Source: Christensenellaceae bacterium
GTDB lineage: Bacteria; Bacillota; Clostridia; Christensenellales; Borkfalkiaceae
Direction: 5' to 3'
Assembly (NCBI GenBank): GCA_045648045.1
Contig: JAZRNE010000037.1
Location: 4,721-68,720, forward strand
DNA length: 64,000 bases
Within the stretch, counting starts at the first letter, position 1. Each line of letters begins with the position of its first letter. The notes below the pieces were generated by a model. It worked only from the letters and a program-made list of their open reading frames with translations, searched no databases and was not told the DNA's origin. The translations under genes were made by a program, and so were the position numbers. Below, piece by piece: positions 1-8,451 of this stretch.

Positions 1-1
1 T

Positions 2-550
2 AAAGCCATTGACAACTTTGACGCGTCGTTTGGCGTAAAGTTTTCAACCTACGCCGTGCCTATGATAATAGGTGATATAAAACGCCTTTTACGCGACGGA
101 AACAGCATGCGAGTGGCTAGAAGCATACGCGATACGGCGTATCTTGCACTTAAAACTCGCGGTGAGTTAGAGCGTCAAGATAAAGACGCGTCTATGGAAA
201 GTATTGCAAGGGAAATGAACGTTGCGCTATCCGAAGTGGTTTATGCGCTTGACGCTATATCGGACACGGTTTCGCTTTACGACCCCGTGTATAATAAAAA
301 CGGGGACGAGTTGTTACTTGTAGACCAAATAGGCGACGAAAAGTGTACGGATGAAAACTGGACGGAAAAAGTTGCCTTAACCACCGCACTTACGGGGCTT
401 GACGTCAGGGAGAAAAAGATTATCTACTTGCGTTATTTTGAAGGAAAAACCCAAACGGAAATTAGCAAAGAAATAGGTATTTCTCAAGCACAAGTGTCTA
501 GGCTAGAAAAAACCGCCCTAAAAGAAATTAAGCAAAGATTAAGCGTGTAA
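2..550 (+). CDS. sigG: Sporulation-type RNA polymerase sigma factor (SigG/SigF group), N-terminus cut by window edge
   Basis: Frame of ORF 56..550 stays open back to nt 2 (KAIDNFD..FSTYAVPMIIG). The C-terminal region 4.2 HTH GKTQTEISKEIGISQAQVSRLEK is typical of forespore/mother-cell sigmas. It is followed by ylmC/ymxH as in Bacillus/Clostridium sigE-sigG loci. Confidence 0.8.
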   Translation, partial: KAIDNFDASFGVKFSTYAVPMIIGDIKRLLRDGNSMRVARSIRDTAYLALKTRGELERQDKDASMESIAREMNVALSEVVYALDAISDTVSLYDPVYNKNGDELLLVDQIGDEKCTDENWTEKVALTTALTGLDVREKKIIYLRYFEGKTQTEISKEIGISQAQVSRLEKTALKEIKQRLSV

Positions 551-604
551 AGAATTTTGAGTTTTCTTGAAACGACTAATATAAACGAACGAATGAAAAC
601 AAGT

Positions 605-631
605 GCCACCGTTATCGGTGGCTTTATTTTT
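605..631 (+). terminator. Rho-independent terminator after the sigma factor gene
   Basis: Stem gccaccg / cggtggc with loop ttat, followed by tttattttt. Confidence 0.75.
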
Positions 632-667
632 GTCATTTTTAAGGGGACTTACGCATAATATATAAGT

Positions 668-1117
668 ATGGAACTATCTTTTAATGAATTGAAAAAGCGA
701 GACGTAATAAATATTAGCGACGGGCGATGCTTGGGCAGGCTTACGAACTTAAAATTAAAATTTCCGCAAGGGATATTGACTGGTATTTACGTGCCCGGTA
801 AAAAGCGCGGACTTTTTAGTTGCTTTGATAAGAGCGAAATTTTTATTGAAGTTAACAAAATATTAAAAATAGGTGGCGACGTTATTTTGGTGGATTTAAG
901 AAAAGACGCAATACCACGCCCACCCGAGCCACAGCCTTTGCCACCTTGTCCGCCACCGTGTAATCCTTGCGTGCCCTTGTGCCCACCGCAAAACCCCAAC
1001 GTTTGTGCGCCACAAAACAATAAACCCTGCGAAAAAAAGCATTCGCAGTCGGGCGGTTTATCGTTTTCGGATTTTCAAGACGCTATGAACGGGCGTTATG
1101 ATGAAAGCGATTATTAA
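668..1117 (+). CDS. ylmC: YlmC/YmxH-family PRC-barrel sporulation protein with a Pro/Cys-rich C-terminal extension
   Basis: N-terminal about 80 aa (FNELKKRDVINISDGRCLGRL..IGGDVILVD) match the YlmC/YmxH family. The tail PRPPEPQPLPPCPPPCNPCVPLCPPQNPNVCAP is extra. Confidence 0.75.
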   Translation: MELSFNELKKRDVINISDGRCLGRLTNLKLKFPQGILTGIYVPGKKRGLFSCFDKSEIFIEVNKILKIGGDVILVDLRKDAIPRPPEPQPLPPCPPPCNPCVPLCPPQNPNVCAPQNNKPCEKKHSQSGGLSFSDFQDAMNGRYDESDY

Positions 1118-1199
1118 GATTTTTTTCCGTGCTATTAACGCAAACGGCGTCTCTTTTGGAAAAAATTGAAAATTTTACAAATTATTTTTCAAAACCCCC

Positions 1200-1228
1200 T
1201 TGAAAAGTATTGAGTTTTGGTTTATAAT
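1200..1228 (+). promoter_or_regulatory. Sigma-A-type promoter for the EF-G paralogue
   Basis: TTGAAA, 17 nt, TATAAT. Confidence 0.55.
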
Positions 1229-1345
1229 AGATTCAATCTCAAATAAAACTTGTTTGCGCCTATGATTTTTTTATAAAATCAATGGGCGCGTAAGGTTTAC
1301 AAAAGAATTTTACCATCATAAATTTTATATAGGGGGACGATTATT

Positions 1346-3406
1346 ATGGGTAAAATAGGTTCAGACAAAATTAGGAACGTTGCGATTATAGGTCACAGCG
1401 GTGCAGGCAAAACTTCTCTTGCAGAAGCAATTCTTTTTAACGGTAAAAGTATTGATAGATTAGGCAAAACGCCTGATAAGAATACCGTTATGGATTATGA
1501 CGAACAAGAAATGCAAAGGGGGATTTCAATTTCTCTTGCGTGTGCATATACTTACTGGGACGACGTTAAGATTAATATAATCGACGTGCCCGGTTTTTAT
1601 GATTTTGAAGGCGAATTTGAACAAGCAATGCGCGCGGTAGGTTCTGCGGTTTTAGTTGCCGATGCTAACGGACAAGTTGCCGTTGGCGCCGAAAAGGCGA
1701 TTGATTACTGTTTGCGCCGTCACATTCCGCTAATGATTTTCGTTAACGGCATTGATAAAGAAAATTCAAATTACGTTGCTACGGTTGAAGCGTTCGTTGC
1801 TAAATACGGCAAAAAGATTTCTCCGACGCACTTGCCGATTATTCGCGACGGCAAGATGAAAGGTTACGTTTCGGTTATCTCGGGTAAGGCGTTTGAATTT
1901 ACGCCGGGTGGTAGAAATCCGATTGCTATTCCTGACGGAATGCAAGGCGAACTCGATATGCTTAAAGAAACGCTTACCGAGGCGGCTGCTGAAACTAGCG
2001 AAGAACTTCTTGATAAGTATCTTTCAGAAGGTTTACTTTCTAACGACGAAATCGTTGCAGGTATTAAAAACGGTTTAAGCGCAGGTGAAACCGTGCCGAT
2101 TATGGGTGGTTCAGCACTTCAAAATATGGGCGTTATCAACCTTATGTATGAAATTAGGGATTTGCTTCCTTCTCCGTTAGAACGCCGTCCCGTTCTTGCA
2201 ACTGACGAATCGGGCGAAGTTTTATCTATCGTTAGCGATGCTGAAAAGCCATTCTCGGCACAAGTGTTTAAAACTGTTGCCGACCCGTTCGTTGGTAAAC
2301 TTAATATGATAAGAATATTTACCGGCTCTATTAAGAGTGGTATGACCGTTTATAACGCAACGACGGGCGAAAAGGAAAGAATTAACACACTTTACGTTAT
2401 GAAAGGTAAAAAACAAGAAGTCGTTGATGAACTTGGCGCAGGTGATATCGGTGCGGTTAATAAACTAAACAACACCAACACGGGCGATACGCTTTGTGAT
2501 GAAGGCAAGAAGATTAAGTTCTATCCGATACCGTTCCCAGCACCCGTTCTCACTATGAAAATAGGCGCTGCGAAGTCTGGCGAAGAAGATAAAGTTTTCC
2601 AAGGCTTAAACCGTCTAGCGGAAGAAGATTTGACCTTTAAGGTTGAAAAAGACAAAGAAACGGGCGAAACCGTTATCCGTGGTCAAGGCGAAACGCAACT
2701 AGACGTGCTTTGCAAGAAATTAAAATCAAAATTCGGTTGTGAAGCCGTTTTAAGCGAACCCAAGGTTGCGTTTAAGGAAACCATTACGGCAAAGGCTGAA
2801 GGCGAAGGCAAGCATAAAAAGCAAACGGGTGGTGCAGGTCAATTCGGCGTTGTTAATATTAAGTTTGAACCGGGCGCTGCTGACGGTGAGTTTGAGTTTG
2901 TTGACGAAACGGTAGGCGGGTCTGTTCCTAAACAATTTATCCCGGCCGTTGAAAAAGGGCTTAGAGAAGCAATCCAAAAGGGCGTGCTTGCAGGCTATCC
3001 TATGGTTAACTTAAAGTGTACTTTGTTTGATGGTAAATATCACCCCGTTGATAGTAAAGAAGTTGCTTTCGTTTCCGCAGCAAAACTTGCGTATGACGAA
3101 GCCGTTCGCAAAGCAAAACCCGTTATTTTAGAACCTATTTATTCTTATAAGATTACCGTTCCCGATAACTACACGGGCGATATTTTAGGTGATATGAATA
3201 AACGCCGTGGTAGAATTCTCGGTATGGAAACGGTTGACGGATTGCAAGAAATTACCGCCGAAGCACCGCTTATCGAAATGCTTAAATACGCAACGGATTT
3301 GCGCAGTATGACGCAAGGTCGCGGTAAGTTTAGTTTTGAATTCTTGTCTTACGAAGAAGTTCCCTTCTCTGCACAAGAAAAAATTATTGCAGAGGCAAAA
3401 AATTAA
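1346..3406 (+). CDS. Elongation factor G paralogue (EF-G2-type translational GTPase)
   Basis: G1 motif IIGHSGAGKTS, DVPGFYDF and full EF-G domain-length architecture (686 aa). Good SD (aggggga) upstream. Confidence 0.85.
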   Translation: MGKIGSDKIRNVAIIGHSGAGKTSLAEAILFNGKSIDRLGKTPDKNTVMDYDEQEMQRGISISLACAYTYWDDVKINIIDVPGFYDFEGEFEQAMRAVGSAVLVADANGQVAVGAEKAIDYCLRRHIPLMIFVNGIDKENSNYVATVEAFVAKYGKKISPTHLPIIRDGKMKGYVSVISGKAFEFTPGGRNPIAIPDGMQGELDMLKETLTEAAAETSEELLDKYLSEGLLSNDEIVAGIKNGLSAGETVPIMGGSALQNMGVINLMYEIRDLLPSPLERRPVLATDESGEVLSIVSDAEKPFSAQVFKTVADPFVGKLNMIRIFTGSIKSGMTVYNATTGEKERINTLYVMKGKKQEVVDELGAGDIGAVNKLNNTNTGDTLCDEGKKIKFYPIPFPAPVLTMKIGAAKSGEEDKVFQGLNRLAEEDLTFKVEKDKETGETVIRGQGETQLDVLCKKLKSKFGCEAVLSEPKVAFKETITAKAEGEGKHKKQTGGAGQFGVVNIKFEPGAADGEFEFVDETVGGSVPKQFIPAVEKGLREAIQKGVLAGYPMVNLKCTLFDGKYHPVDSKEVAFVSAAKLAYDEAVRKAKPVILEPIYSYKITVPDNYTGDILGDMNKRRGRILGMETVDGLQEITAEAPLIEMLKYATDLRSMTQGRGKFSFEFLSYEEVPFSAQEKIIAEAKN

Positions 3407-3437
3407 GCGCTTAATTAGCGTGTAAGGAGTTGGTTAG

Positions 3438-4364
3438 ATGATTTTAACAATATGCCCGAACCCAAGTATTGACTGTACCATTGAATTAGACAGCCTTAAC
3501 GTGGGTATGCTTAATAAGATTGACAGCAAGGTAGAAACTTATTCGGGCAAAGCGTTAAACGTTGCAATAGGCGTTTCAAGGCTAGGGGAAAAGAGTTTTT
3601 CAACGGGCTTTATGTTTGAAAACCACGGTAGAATGTTCGAGCACGTTCTCGATAAAGAGAAGGTTGAACATAAATTCGTTTATAATCAAGGCAATGCGAG
3701 AGTTAATTATAAGATTATTGATAAACGCTCAATGCTTACCGAAATAAACGACCGTGGCGAAACGGTTGCTCGTGATAAGCAAGAAGAACTTATCAAACTC
3801 GTTAAAGAAATTGCCCCTTCTTGTGAAATTGCCGTTATGAGTGGCAGTTTACCCAAGGGTGTTAAGCCCGAATTTTACGCCGAAGTGTTGTCGGTTATTC
3901 CCAAAAACGTAAAGGTTATCGTGGACACCGAAAAGGCGAATATGTTATCCGCTATCGGTAGCCGTGAAATATTTATGGCAAAGCCCAACCTTCGCGAACT
4001 TGAAAGTTTTGCAGGCGAATCGGTCGTTGACCTTAAAGATATGTTGCGTGCGGCGCAAAAGTACATAGATTTGGGCGTTCAAAACGTTCTAGTTTCTTTG
4101 GGGGCTGACGGCGCAATACTTACCGATGGAAAAGAAAGTTATTTTTGTAAGTCAGCGTCGGTTGCAGTAAATTCTACCGTAGGCGCGGGCGATTCAATGG
4201 TCGCCGCCGCTTGCGTAGGGTTGCAAAAAGGCGTTCCGATGCACGAACTTTTAAGAATGTCTGTTGCGGCAGGCACGGCGTCGGTAACTACTAGTGGCAC
4301 GAATCTCTTTTATTTTGACAAATATAAAGAAATTTACAGTAAAATTTACTCTCAAAAAATGTAA
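3438..4364 (+). CDS. PfkB-family sugar-phosphate kinase (1-phosphofructokinase / tagatose-6-phosphate kinase type)
   Basis: N-terminus ILTICPNPSIDCT and C-terminal GAGDSMVAA motif are typical of FruK/LacC. Confidence 0.8.
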   Translation: MILTICPNPSIDCTIELDSLNVGMLNKIDSKVETYSGKALNVAIGVSRLGEKSFSTGFMFENHGRMFEHVLDKEKVEHKFVYNQGNARVNYKIIDKRSMLTEINDRGETVARDKQEELIKLVKEIAPSCEIAVMSGSLPKGVKPEFYAEVLSVIPKNVKVIVDTEKANMLSAIGSREIFMAKPNLRELESFAGESVVDLKDMLRAAQKYIDLGVQNVLVSLGADGAILTDGKESYFCKSASVAVNSTVGAGDSMVAAACVGLQKGVPMHELLRMSVAAGTASVTTSGTNLFYFDKYKEIYSKIYSQKM

Positions 4365-4388
4365 CGGAAAACGAATAAAAAGCATAAA

Positions 4389-4416
4389 CAGTCTGCAAAA
4401 TACGCAGACTGTTTTT
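4389..4416 (+). terminator. Rho-independent terminator
   Basis: cagtctgc / gcagactg 8-bp stem followed by ttttt. Confidence 0.8.
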
Positions 4417-5247
4417 ATGTATATAAATACTTTTAGGCAAATTCTTGATGAGTTTTCGGAAAAGAGAGTTAGCACGGTCGTGGGGGCGTGGGTATTCTAT
4501 TTTTTAACGGCGGTTATTCCTTTGGCATTTTTACTCGTAACGACCTTCGGCGTGTTCGGCGTTGAACTTACTGAAGACGCCGTGTCTAGATTGCCGATTG
4601 AATTTCGTTCGGCTGGCACGGCGATTGTATCCACGGCAAGGCGTGCGTCAAAGGGCGCAACGCTTTTATTCGTTTTAACCGCGGTTTATTCTTGTTCAAG
4701 ATTGCTTAATCAAATGTCAAAGGATGGCGATTATCTATATGAGAAAAAATCTTTAGGTAAACGGGGACTTTTGCGTAGAGTTTGGGCGATTTTGGCGTTG
4801 GGGGCGTTATTTGCCGTGTTTTTGCTTGCGTCCATAGTTATTGCGCTCGGTGGAAGTTTATTTGCGTTTAACTATACGGTTGGTGGCATAAAAAACCTAT
4901 TTGCAACAATCGGCGTTTGTTTGACGGTCGTTTCGTTCAGTTTCGTTATTATAATAATGTTAAATAAATTTATTTGCCCGATAAAGTTAAAGTTTAAGCA
5001 AATTGCAGTCGGGGCGATGGTTTCGCTTGCCGAAATAGTTTTAGGCACGATAGGCTTTGCGCTATATTTAAGGTTTTTTAATTCGTATAACGCTTTTTAC
5101 GGCAGTCTTGCAGGGATTATAGTTTTCTTGCTCTGGGCGTATATATTAATGTTTGGCTTGGTGTCGGGCGTGGTTGTAAATTCAATTTTGAATAAAAGAG
5201 AATTATCTTCTAAAAGCTTTCCAAAACAGATTAAGATTACAGTTTAA
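4417..5247 (+). CDS. YihY/BrkB-family integral membrane protein
   Basis: Multi-TM profile and an N-terminus FRQILDEFSEKRVSTVVGAWVFYFLTAVIPLAFL typical of YihY. Start placed at the ATG just after the upstream terminator; the start is uncertain because there is no clear SD. Confidence 0.7.
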   Translation: MYINTFRQILDEFSEKRVSTVVGAWVFYFLTAVIPLAFLLVTTFGVFGVELTEDAVSRLPIEFRSAGTAIVSTARRASKGATLLFVLTAVYSCSRLLNQMSKDGDYLYEKKSLGKRGLLRRVWAILALGALFAVFLLASIVIALGGSLFAFNYTVGGIKNLFATIGVCLTVVSFSFVIIIMLNKFICPIKLKFKQIAVGAMVSLAEIVLGTIGFALYLRFFNSYNAFYGSLAGIIVFLLWAYILMFGLVSGVVVNSILNKRELSSKSFPKQIKITV

Positions 5248-5283
5248 AAATATTAAAAATCTTTTAAAAAATTAGTAAAACAC

Positions 5284-5312
5284 TTGACACCACTTTATCA
5301 CAGTAGTATAAT
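5284..5312 (+). promoter_or_regulatory. Consensus sigma-A promoter of the aromatic amino acid operon
   Basis: TTGACA (5284-5289), 17 nt, TATAAT (5307-5312). Confidence 0.7.
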
Positions 5313-5336
5313 AAAGGAAAATTTAAGGCAAAAACT

Positions 5337-5393
5337 ATGAAAAAACTTAATTCTTACTTTTACTTTAATAACAAGTTTTCAATATCTCGTTAG
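5337..5393 (+). CDS. Candidate 18-codon leader peptide MKKLNSYFYFNNKFSISR (Tyr/Phe-rich)
   Basis: ATG preceded by aagg. The peptide contains Y-F-Y-F plus one more F. It lies between the promoter and a strong terminator upstream of aroF. Confidence 0.4.
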   Translation: MKKLNSYFYFNNKFSISR

Positions 5394-5434
5394 TGATTAC
5401 TATACGGATTGTTTTTGCGTGAAACAAGAAAACG

Positions 5435-5468
5435 AAGGCTTTGTAGTAATAACTACAAAGCCTTTTTT
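5435..5468 (+). terminator. Attenuator terminator in the aro operon leader
   Basis: Perfect 13-bp stem aaggctttgtagt / actacaaagcctt with loop aata, followed by tttt. Confidence 0.8.
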
Positions 5469-5529
5469 ATTAAACGACTAGAAAATAAAATTAAACGAAA
5501 ATTTCAATATTCGTGTTTGGAGATGCATT

Positions 5530-6543
5530 ATGATTATCGTTGTAAAAAATTCTTGCGAAGAACAACAATTCAAAAACTTAATCGACTGGGTTAAAGAATT
5601 AGGGCTAGACGTCCACGTTAGTTATGGCGAGCATTCAACCGTTTTAGGGCTTGTTGGTGATACGAGTAAGGTTGATATGGACCTTATAGGCAGTCTTGAT
5701 ATGGTCGAAAAAGTGCAACGCGTTCAAGAACCTTATAAGAACGCGAACAGAAAGTTTAACCCCGAAGATACTATTATTGATGTTGGCGGTTGCAAAATCG
5801 GCGGTGATAATTTTACCGTAATCGCAGGGCCTTGTTCGGTTGAATCAGAAGAACAAATTATAGCGGTTGCTAAGGCGGTTAAGTCGGCTGGCGCAACGCT
5901 ACTTAGGGGTGGTGCGTTCAAACCTAGAACTTCACCGTACGCTTTCCAAGGGCTTAAAGGCACGGGGATTGACCTTTTGTTAAAAGCAAAAGAAGAAACG
6001 GGTTTACCGATTGTAACCGAACTTTTGTCTGTTAGCCACATTGATTTGTTCGATAAGGTTGACGTGATTCAAATCGGTGCAAGAAATATGCAAAACGTTG
6101 AACTCTTAAAAGAAGTTGGCAAAACGGGTAAGCCTATCTTGTTAAAGCGTGGGCTTGCAAATACTTTACAAGAACTTTTAATGAGCGCTGAATATATTAT
6201 GGCGGAAGGCAATAGCAAAGTTATCCTTTGCGAAAGGGGTATAAGAACTTTTGAAACGATGACTAGAAATACGCTTGATTTATCAGCCGTTCCCGTATTG
6301 AAAGAAAAAACGCACTTGCCTATCATAATTGACCCAAGCCACGCAACGGGTGTTGCAAAATTAGTTACGCCTATGTCGCTCGCTAGCGTTGGCGCAGGTG
6401 CTGACGGGCTTATTATAGAAGTGCATAACGACCCACAACGCGCGTTGTGCGACGGTGCGCAATCGTTAAATCCCGAACAATTTTCAACGCTTATGGGTAA
6501 GGTAAACCAAATGTTACCACTCGTTAACAAAAAAATTAACTAA
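5530..6543 (+). CDS. aroF: 3-deoxy-7-phosphoheptulonate (DAHP) synthase, type I-beta, with N-terminal ferredoxin-like regulatory domain
   Basis: Core IAGPCSVESEEQ..LRGGAFKPRTSPY..DPSH matches the KDO8P/DAHPS I-beta family. The about 70-aa N-terminal extension resembles Thermotoga-type DAHPS. Confidence 0.9.
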   Translation: MIIVVKNSCEEQQFKNLIDWVKELGLDVHVSYGEHSTVLGLVGDTSKVDMDLIGSLDMVEKVQRVQEPYKNANRKFNPEDTIIDVGGCKIGGDNFTVIAGPCSVESEEQIIAVAKAVKSAGATLLRGGAFKPRTSPYAFQGLKGTGIDLLLKAKEETGLPIVTELLSVSHIDLFDKVDVIQIGARNMQNVELLKEVGKTGKPILLKRGLANTLQELLMSAEYIMAEGNSKVILCERGIRTFETMTRNTLDLSAVPVLKEKTHLPIIIDPSHATGVAKLVTPMSLASVGAGADGLIIEVHNDPQRALCDGAQSLNPEQFSTLMGKVNQMLPLVNKKIN

Positions 6544-6554
6544 CGGAAAGAGTT

Positions 6555-7412
6555 ATGAAAATAGGTATTATCGGTTTAGGTTTAATAGGCGGTTCGCTCG
6601 GAAGAGCGCTCGTGTCAAAAACGCAAGACCAAGTTTATGCGTTTGATATAAGCGATAAAGCGCTTATCGACGGTAGGTTGTTAAACGCTTACCATCATCA
6701 ACTTGACGAAAGCAATCTTGGCGAAATGGACGTGTTGATTTTGTCTTTATATCCAAACGCATTAGAAACTGCTCTTAAAAAATACTGCCCGTTATTAAAA
6801 GACGGTTGTTTGGTAATGGATTGTTGCGGTAATAAGCGTAGGGTAGTAAAGCAAATGCAATCGCTTTCAAAAGAATTTCCAAATCTTGATTTTATTAGCG
6901 CGCATCCTATGGCAGGAAGGGAATTTTCGGGCGTAAATCACTCTACGGCAACTTTGTTCGACAGGGCGTCGATGATTTTAGTACCCGTTAAAGCGGATAT
7001 AAGAAAGATTGCTCAAATGAAACAATACTTTTTGTCTATCGGGTTTGGTTCGGTCGTTATTACGACTGCGGAAAAACACGATGAAATTATTGCTTTTACT
7101 TCGCAACTAGCGCACCTTGTTTCAAGTTCATACATAAAAAGCCAAACGGCAATGCAATTTATGGGCTTTTCGGCCGGTAGTTTTAGGGATATGACTAGGG
7201 TGGCAAGGCTTTCGCCCGAAATGTGGGCGCAACTCACTATTGATAACGCCGATTTTTTGGTTAATGAAATTGACTCTATCGTGAATAGCCTTAACGAATA
7301 TAAGAAAGCGTTGCAAGACGGCGATTTTGATAATATGCGCGCTTTACTTGCCGACGGTAACGAGAAAAAACTCTTATCTGAAAAAATGAGAAGGAGTAAG
7401 ATAATTGATTAA
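6555..7412 (+). CDS. tyrA: Prephenate dehydrogenase
   Basis: Rossmann motif IGIIGLGLIGGSLG, HPMAG motif and operon context. Confidence 0.85.
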   Translation: MKIGIIGLGLIGGSLGRALVSKTQDQVYAFDISDKALIDGRLLNAYHHQLDESNLGEMDVLILSLYPNALETALKKYCPLLKDGCLVMDCCGNKRRVVKQMQSLSKEFPNLDFISAHPMAGREFSGVNHSTATLFDRASMILVPVKADIRKIAQMKQYFLSIGFGSVVITTAEKHDEIIAFTSQLAHLVSSSYIKSQTAMQFMGFSAGSFRDMTRVARLSPEMWAQLTIDNADFLVNEIDSIVNSLNEYKKALQDGDFDNMRALLADGNEKKLLSEKMRRSKIID

Positions 7413-8451
7413 TACGATTAAAAAAATAAAAGTAAACGCGTCTGAAAGTTACGAAGTCGTTATCGGGCGTGGACTATTAGACAATACGGGTGAAATTATT
7501 AAAAAGGTTGTGCCGATTTGTAAAATTGCACTAATTACCGACGATACGGTTAATAATTTACACGCAGAAGTTGTTGAAAAATCGCTTAAAGAAACGGGGT
7601 ATAGTGTCGTTAAATTCGTTTTTCCGCACGGTGAGCAAAGTAAAAACTTAAAAGTTTACGCGGAAATTTTAGAGTTCCTTGCTGAAAATCAATTAACCCG
7701 TGGCGACGCGGTAGTTGCGCTCGGCGGTGGTGTTGTAGGCGATATGGCAGGCTTTGTTTCGGCAACCTATTTAAGGGGTGTAAAATTCGTTCAAATACCA
7801 ACCACCTTGCTTGCGCAAGTTGATTCATCCGTTGGTGGAAAAACTGCGGTAGACTTAATGCACGGTAAGAATTTAGTCGGTGCATTTTATCAACCAAAAG
7901 TCGTTTTATGCGACGCTAACGCGCTTGAAACCTTGCCTAAAACCGTGTTTGACGACGGTATGGGCGAAATTGCAAAGTACGCGATTTTAGATGAAAAAGT
8001 TTTCAATCTTATTAATAACGGCTATGAAGATATTACCGATTTAATATATCTTTGCGTTGATTACAAAAGATACGTCGTTGAAAACGACGAGTTTGAAAGC
8101 GGTATGAGAAAGTTGCTTAATTTAGGGCACACCCCCGCGCACGGAATTGAACTCTTATCCAACTATGAAATATCACACGGGAAAGCCGTTGCGATGGGGC
8201 TTAAAATAATAATCGACGCATCTTTTAAGCAAGGATATATTGATGACGAAACGTATAAAAATGCAAAGTCTATTATTGAAAAATGCGTTAGCGAAACTGA
8301 AAATCCTTATCAATTAGACAAGGTATGTAAGGCGTGTGTTAACGATAAAAAGCGTAGCGGAAACGCCATCGCTTTAACGATGGTTTTCGGTATAGGCGAT
8401 TGCCGTTCGGTAAGCGTTCAAATAGATGAACTTTGGGGGTATTTAAGTTGA
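7405..8451 (+). CDS. aroB: 3-dehydroquinate synthase
   Basis: GGGVVGDMAGF, VDSSVGGKT and HGKAVAMG motifs. TTG start 8 nt after aaggag. Confidence 0.9.
   Translation: MINTIKKIKVNASESYEVVIGRGLLDNTGEIIKKVVPICKIALITDDTVNNLHAEVVEKSLKETGYSVVKFVFPHGEQSKNLKVYAEILEFLAENQLTRGDAVVALGGGVVGDMAGFVSATYLRGVKFVQIPTTLLAQVDSSVGGKTAVDLMHGKNLVGAFYQPKVVLCDANALETLPKTVFDDGMGEIAKYAILDEKVFNLINNGYEDITDLIYLCVDYKRYVVENDEFESGMRKLLNLGHTPAHGIELLSNYEISHGKAVAMGLKIIIDASFKQGYIDDETYKNAKSIIEKCVSETENPYQLDKVCKACVNDKKRSGNAIALTMVFGIGDCRSVSVQIDELWGYLS

Noticed and set aside
787-1020. 77-aa Gly/Cys-rich minus-strand ORF
   Set aside because: It is the antisense shadow of the Pro/Cys-rich tail of ylmC.
1256-1289. 14-bp imperfect hairpin in the 5' UTR of the EF-G paralogue as a riboswitch or attenuator
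   Set aside because: It has no following U-tract, no alternative pairing and no conserved motif I can recognise. It is probably a stabilising 5' stem-loop, with insufficient evidence to call it a regulatory feature.
4294-4416. N-terminal 41 codons of track ORF 4294..5247
   Set aside because: This part overlaps the PfkB gene's 3' end and its terminator hairpin. The YihY homology starts at the Met at 4417.
5313-5529. A T-box leader upstream of aroF
   Set aside because: The leader is only about 215 nt. It has no T-box core sequence (GGTGGTACCGCG-like), no AG bulge or GNUGGNA elements, and no specifier-loop stem I architecture. A leader-peptide model fits better.
5409-5594. 61-aa track ORF overlapping the aroF start
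   Set aside because: It spans the attenuator terminator and is out of frame with aroF. It has no SD and low-complexity basic content.
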